Positions 63,459 to 64,000 of a stretch of DNA of 64,000 bases are shown here, piece by piece; position 1 is the stretch's first letter, and each line of letters starts with the position of its first letter. The stretch is from Candidatus Latescibacterota bacterium. Lineage in GTDB: Bacteria; Latescibacterota; UBA2968; UBA8231. The position numbers and the translations under genes were made by a program. The notes beneath the pieces were generated by a model. It had not been told where the DNA came from. It was given only the letters and a program-made list of their open reading frames with translations, and ran no database searches. The stretch covers positions 4,896,001-4,960,000 of the forward strand of contig OZ242214.1 of NCBI GenBank assembly GCA_965206595.1. Direction: 5' to 3'.

Positions 63459-64000
63459 TCATTGCCCTTGCCTGTATGGCCTGCGGGATTCAAAAACCTT
63501 CAGGCGGTACTCAATTCTCGCCTTTTCCTGCTCGCTTATTGCTGCCGCCCTGTCGAGAGCGTCACGCGCGGTGGTCACCGCCTTTTCGTACTGTCCCGTC
63601 TCAGCGTAGGCGGCTGCTAGTACGTCCAGGACTTCCGGATCCTGAAAACCGGATGTTTCACAAGCGGATTTGGCAAGCTCGATCGCCTCCTTGCCGTTGC
63701 GGAACTCGGCTTTCGGAGAGGTGGCCAGGAGCCAGGCCAGCCTCGTGGCAATCGGCGAAAATTTTTGCCTCTGCTCGAGGCCGCGCCGGAAAGTTGCGAT
63801 CGCTTCGGCATCACGGGCTGTCCTCATGTAAAAGGTGCCAAGGTTGAGGTAAGCACCCGGTGCCTCAGGATGGAGTCGCAGGGCTTTTTCACCCCAAAGG
63901 AAAGCTTCGTCTACCCGGCCGGACTCGAAGAGCGCTTGTCCCAGGTTGGTTATCCCCGCGTAGTTATCGGACTCAAGCTGAATCGCCCTGCGGTACTGCC
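63459..64000 (-). CDS. TPR-repeat protein, C-terminal part (runs off the window)
   Basis: LAWLLATSP...RNGKEAIELAKSAC...LDVLAAAYAETGQYEKAV. Confidence 0.8.
   Translation of the reverse strand, partial: QYRRAIQLESDNYAGITNLGQALFESGRVDEAFLWGEKALRLHPEAPGAYLNLGTFYMRTARDAEAIATFRRGLEQRQKFSPIATRLAWLLATSPKAEFRNGKEAIELAKSACETSGFQDPEVLDVLAAAYAETGQYEKAVTTARDALDRAAAISEQEKARIEYRLKVFESRRPYRQGQ

Overview
High-GC bacterial genomic DNA. The FlgD-like C-terminal domain, repeated secreted proteins ending in '(S/T)WGxIKASL', and the PhyH, Kelch, ankyrin, TPR and ASPIC/UnbV proteins suggest a Latescibacterota/Poribacteria-like, possibly sponge-associated organism (inference only). The window is a mosaic. (i) An accessory region at about 0-31.8 kb holds a TIR protein, a Fic remnant, a type II restriction-modification pair, two VapBC modules, a broken MNT-HEPN module, a decayed globin-ankyrin fusion, an IS630 inserted at a stop codon, and a tandem array of secreted DOMON/CBM9-like paralogs that contains a small six-cysteine peptide gene. 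(ii) Mostly intact housekeeping and metabolic genes follow (mtnP, DinG-like helicase, DAHP synthase, prs, Gld-like ABC exporter, gltBD). The strongest hidden signal is a gene the ORF track splits in two: 14615-13947 (-) reads signal peptide, then T-[TGA]-V-G-[TGA]-P, then a beta-barrel-like domain. A SECIS-like hairpin follows the second TGA, which suggests an exported UxxU double-selenocysteine protein encoded directly upstream of a YHS-TlpA redoxin.
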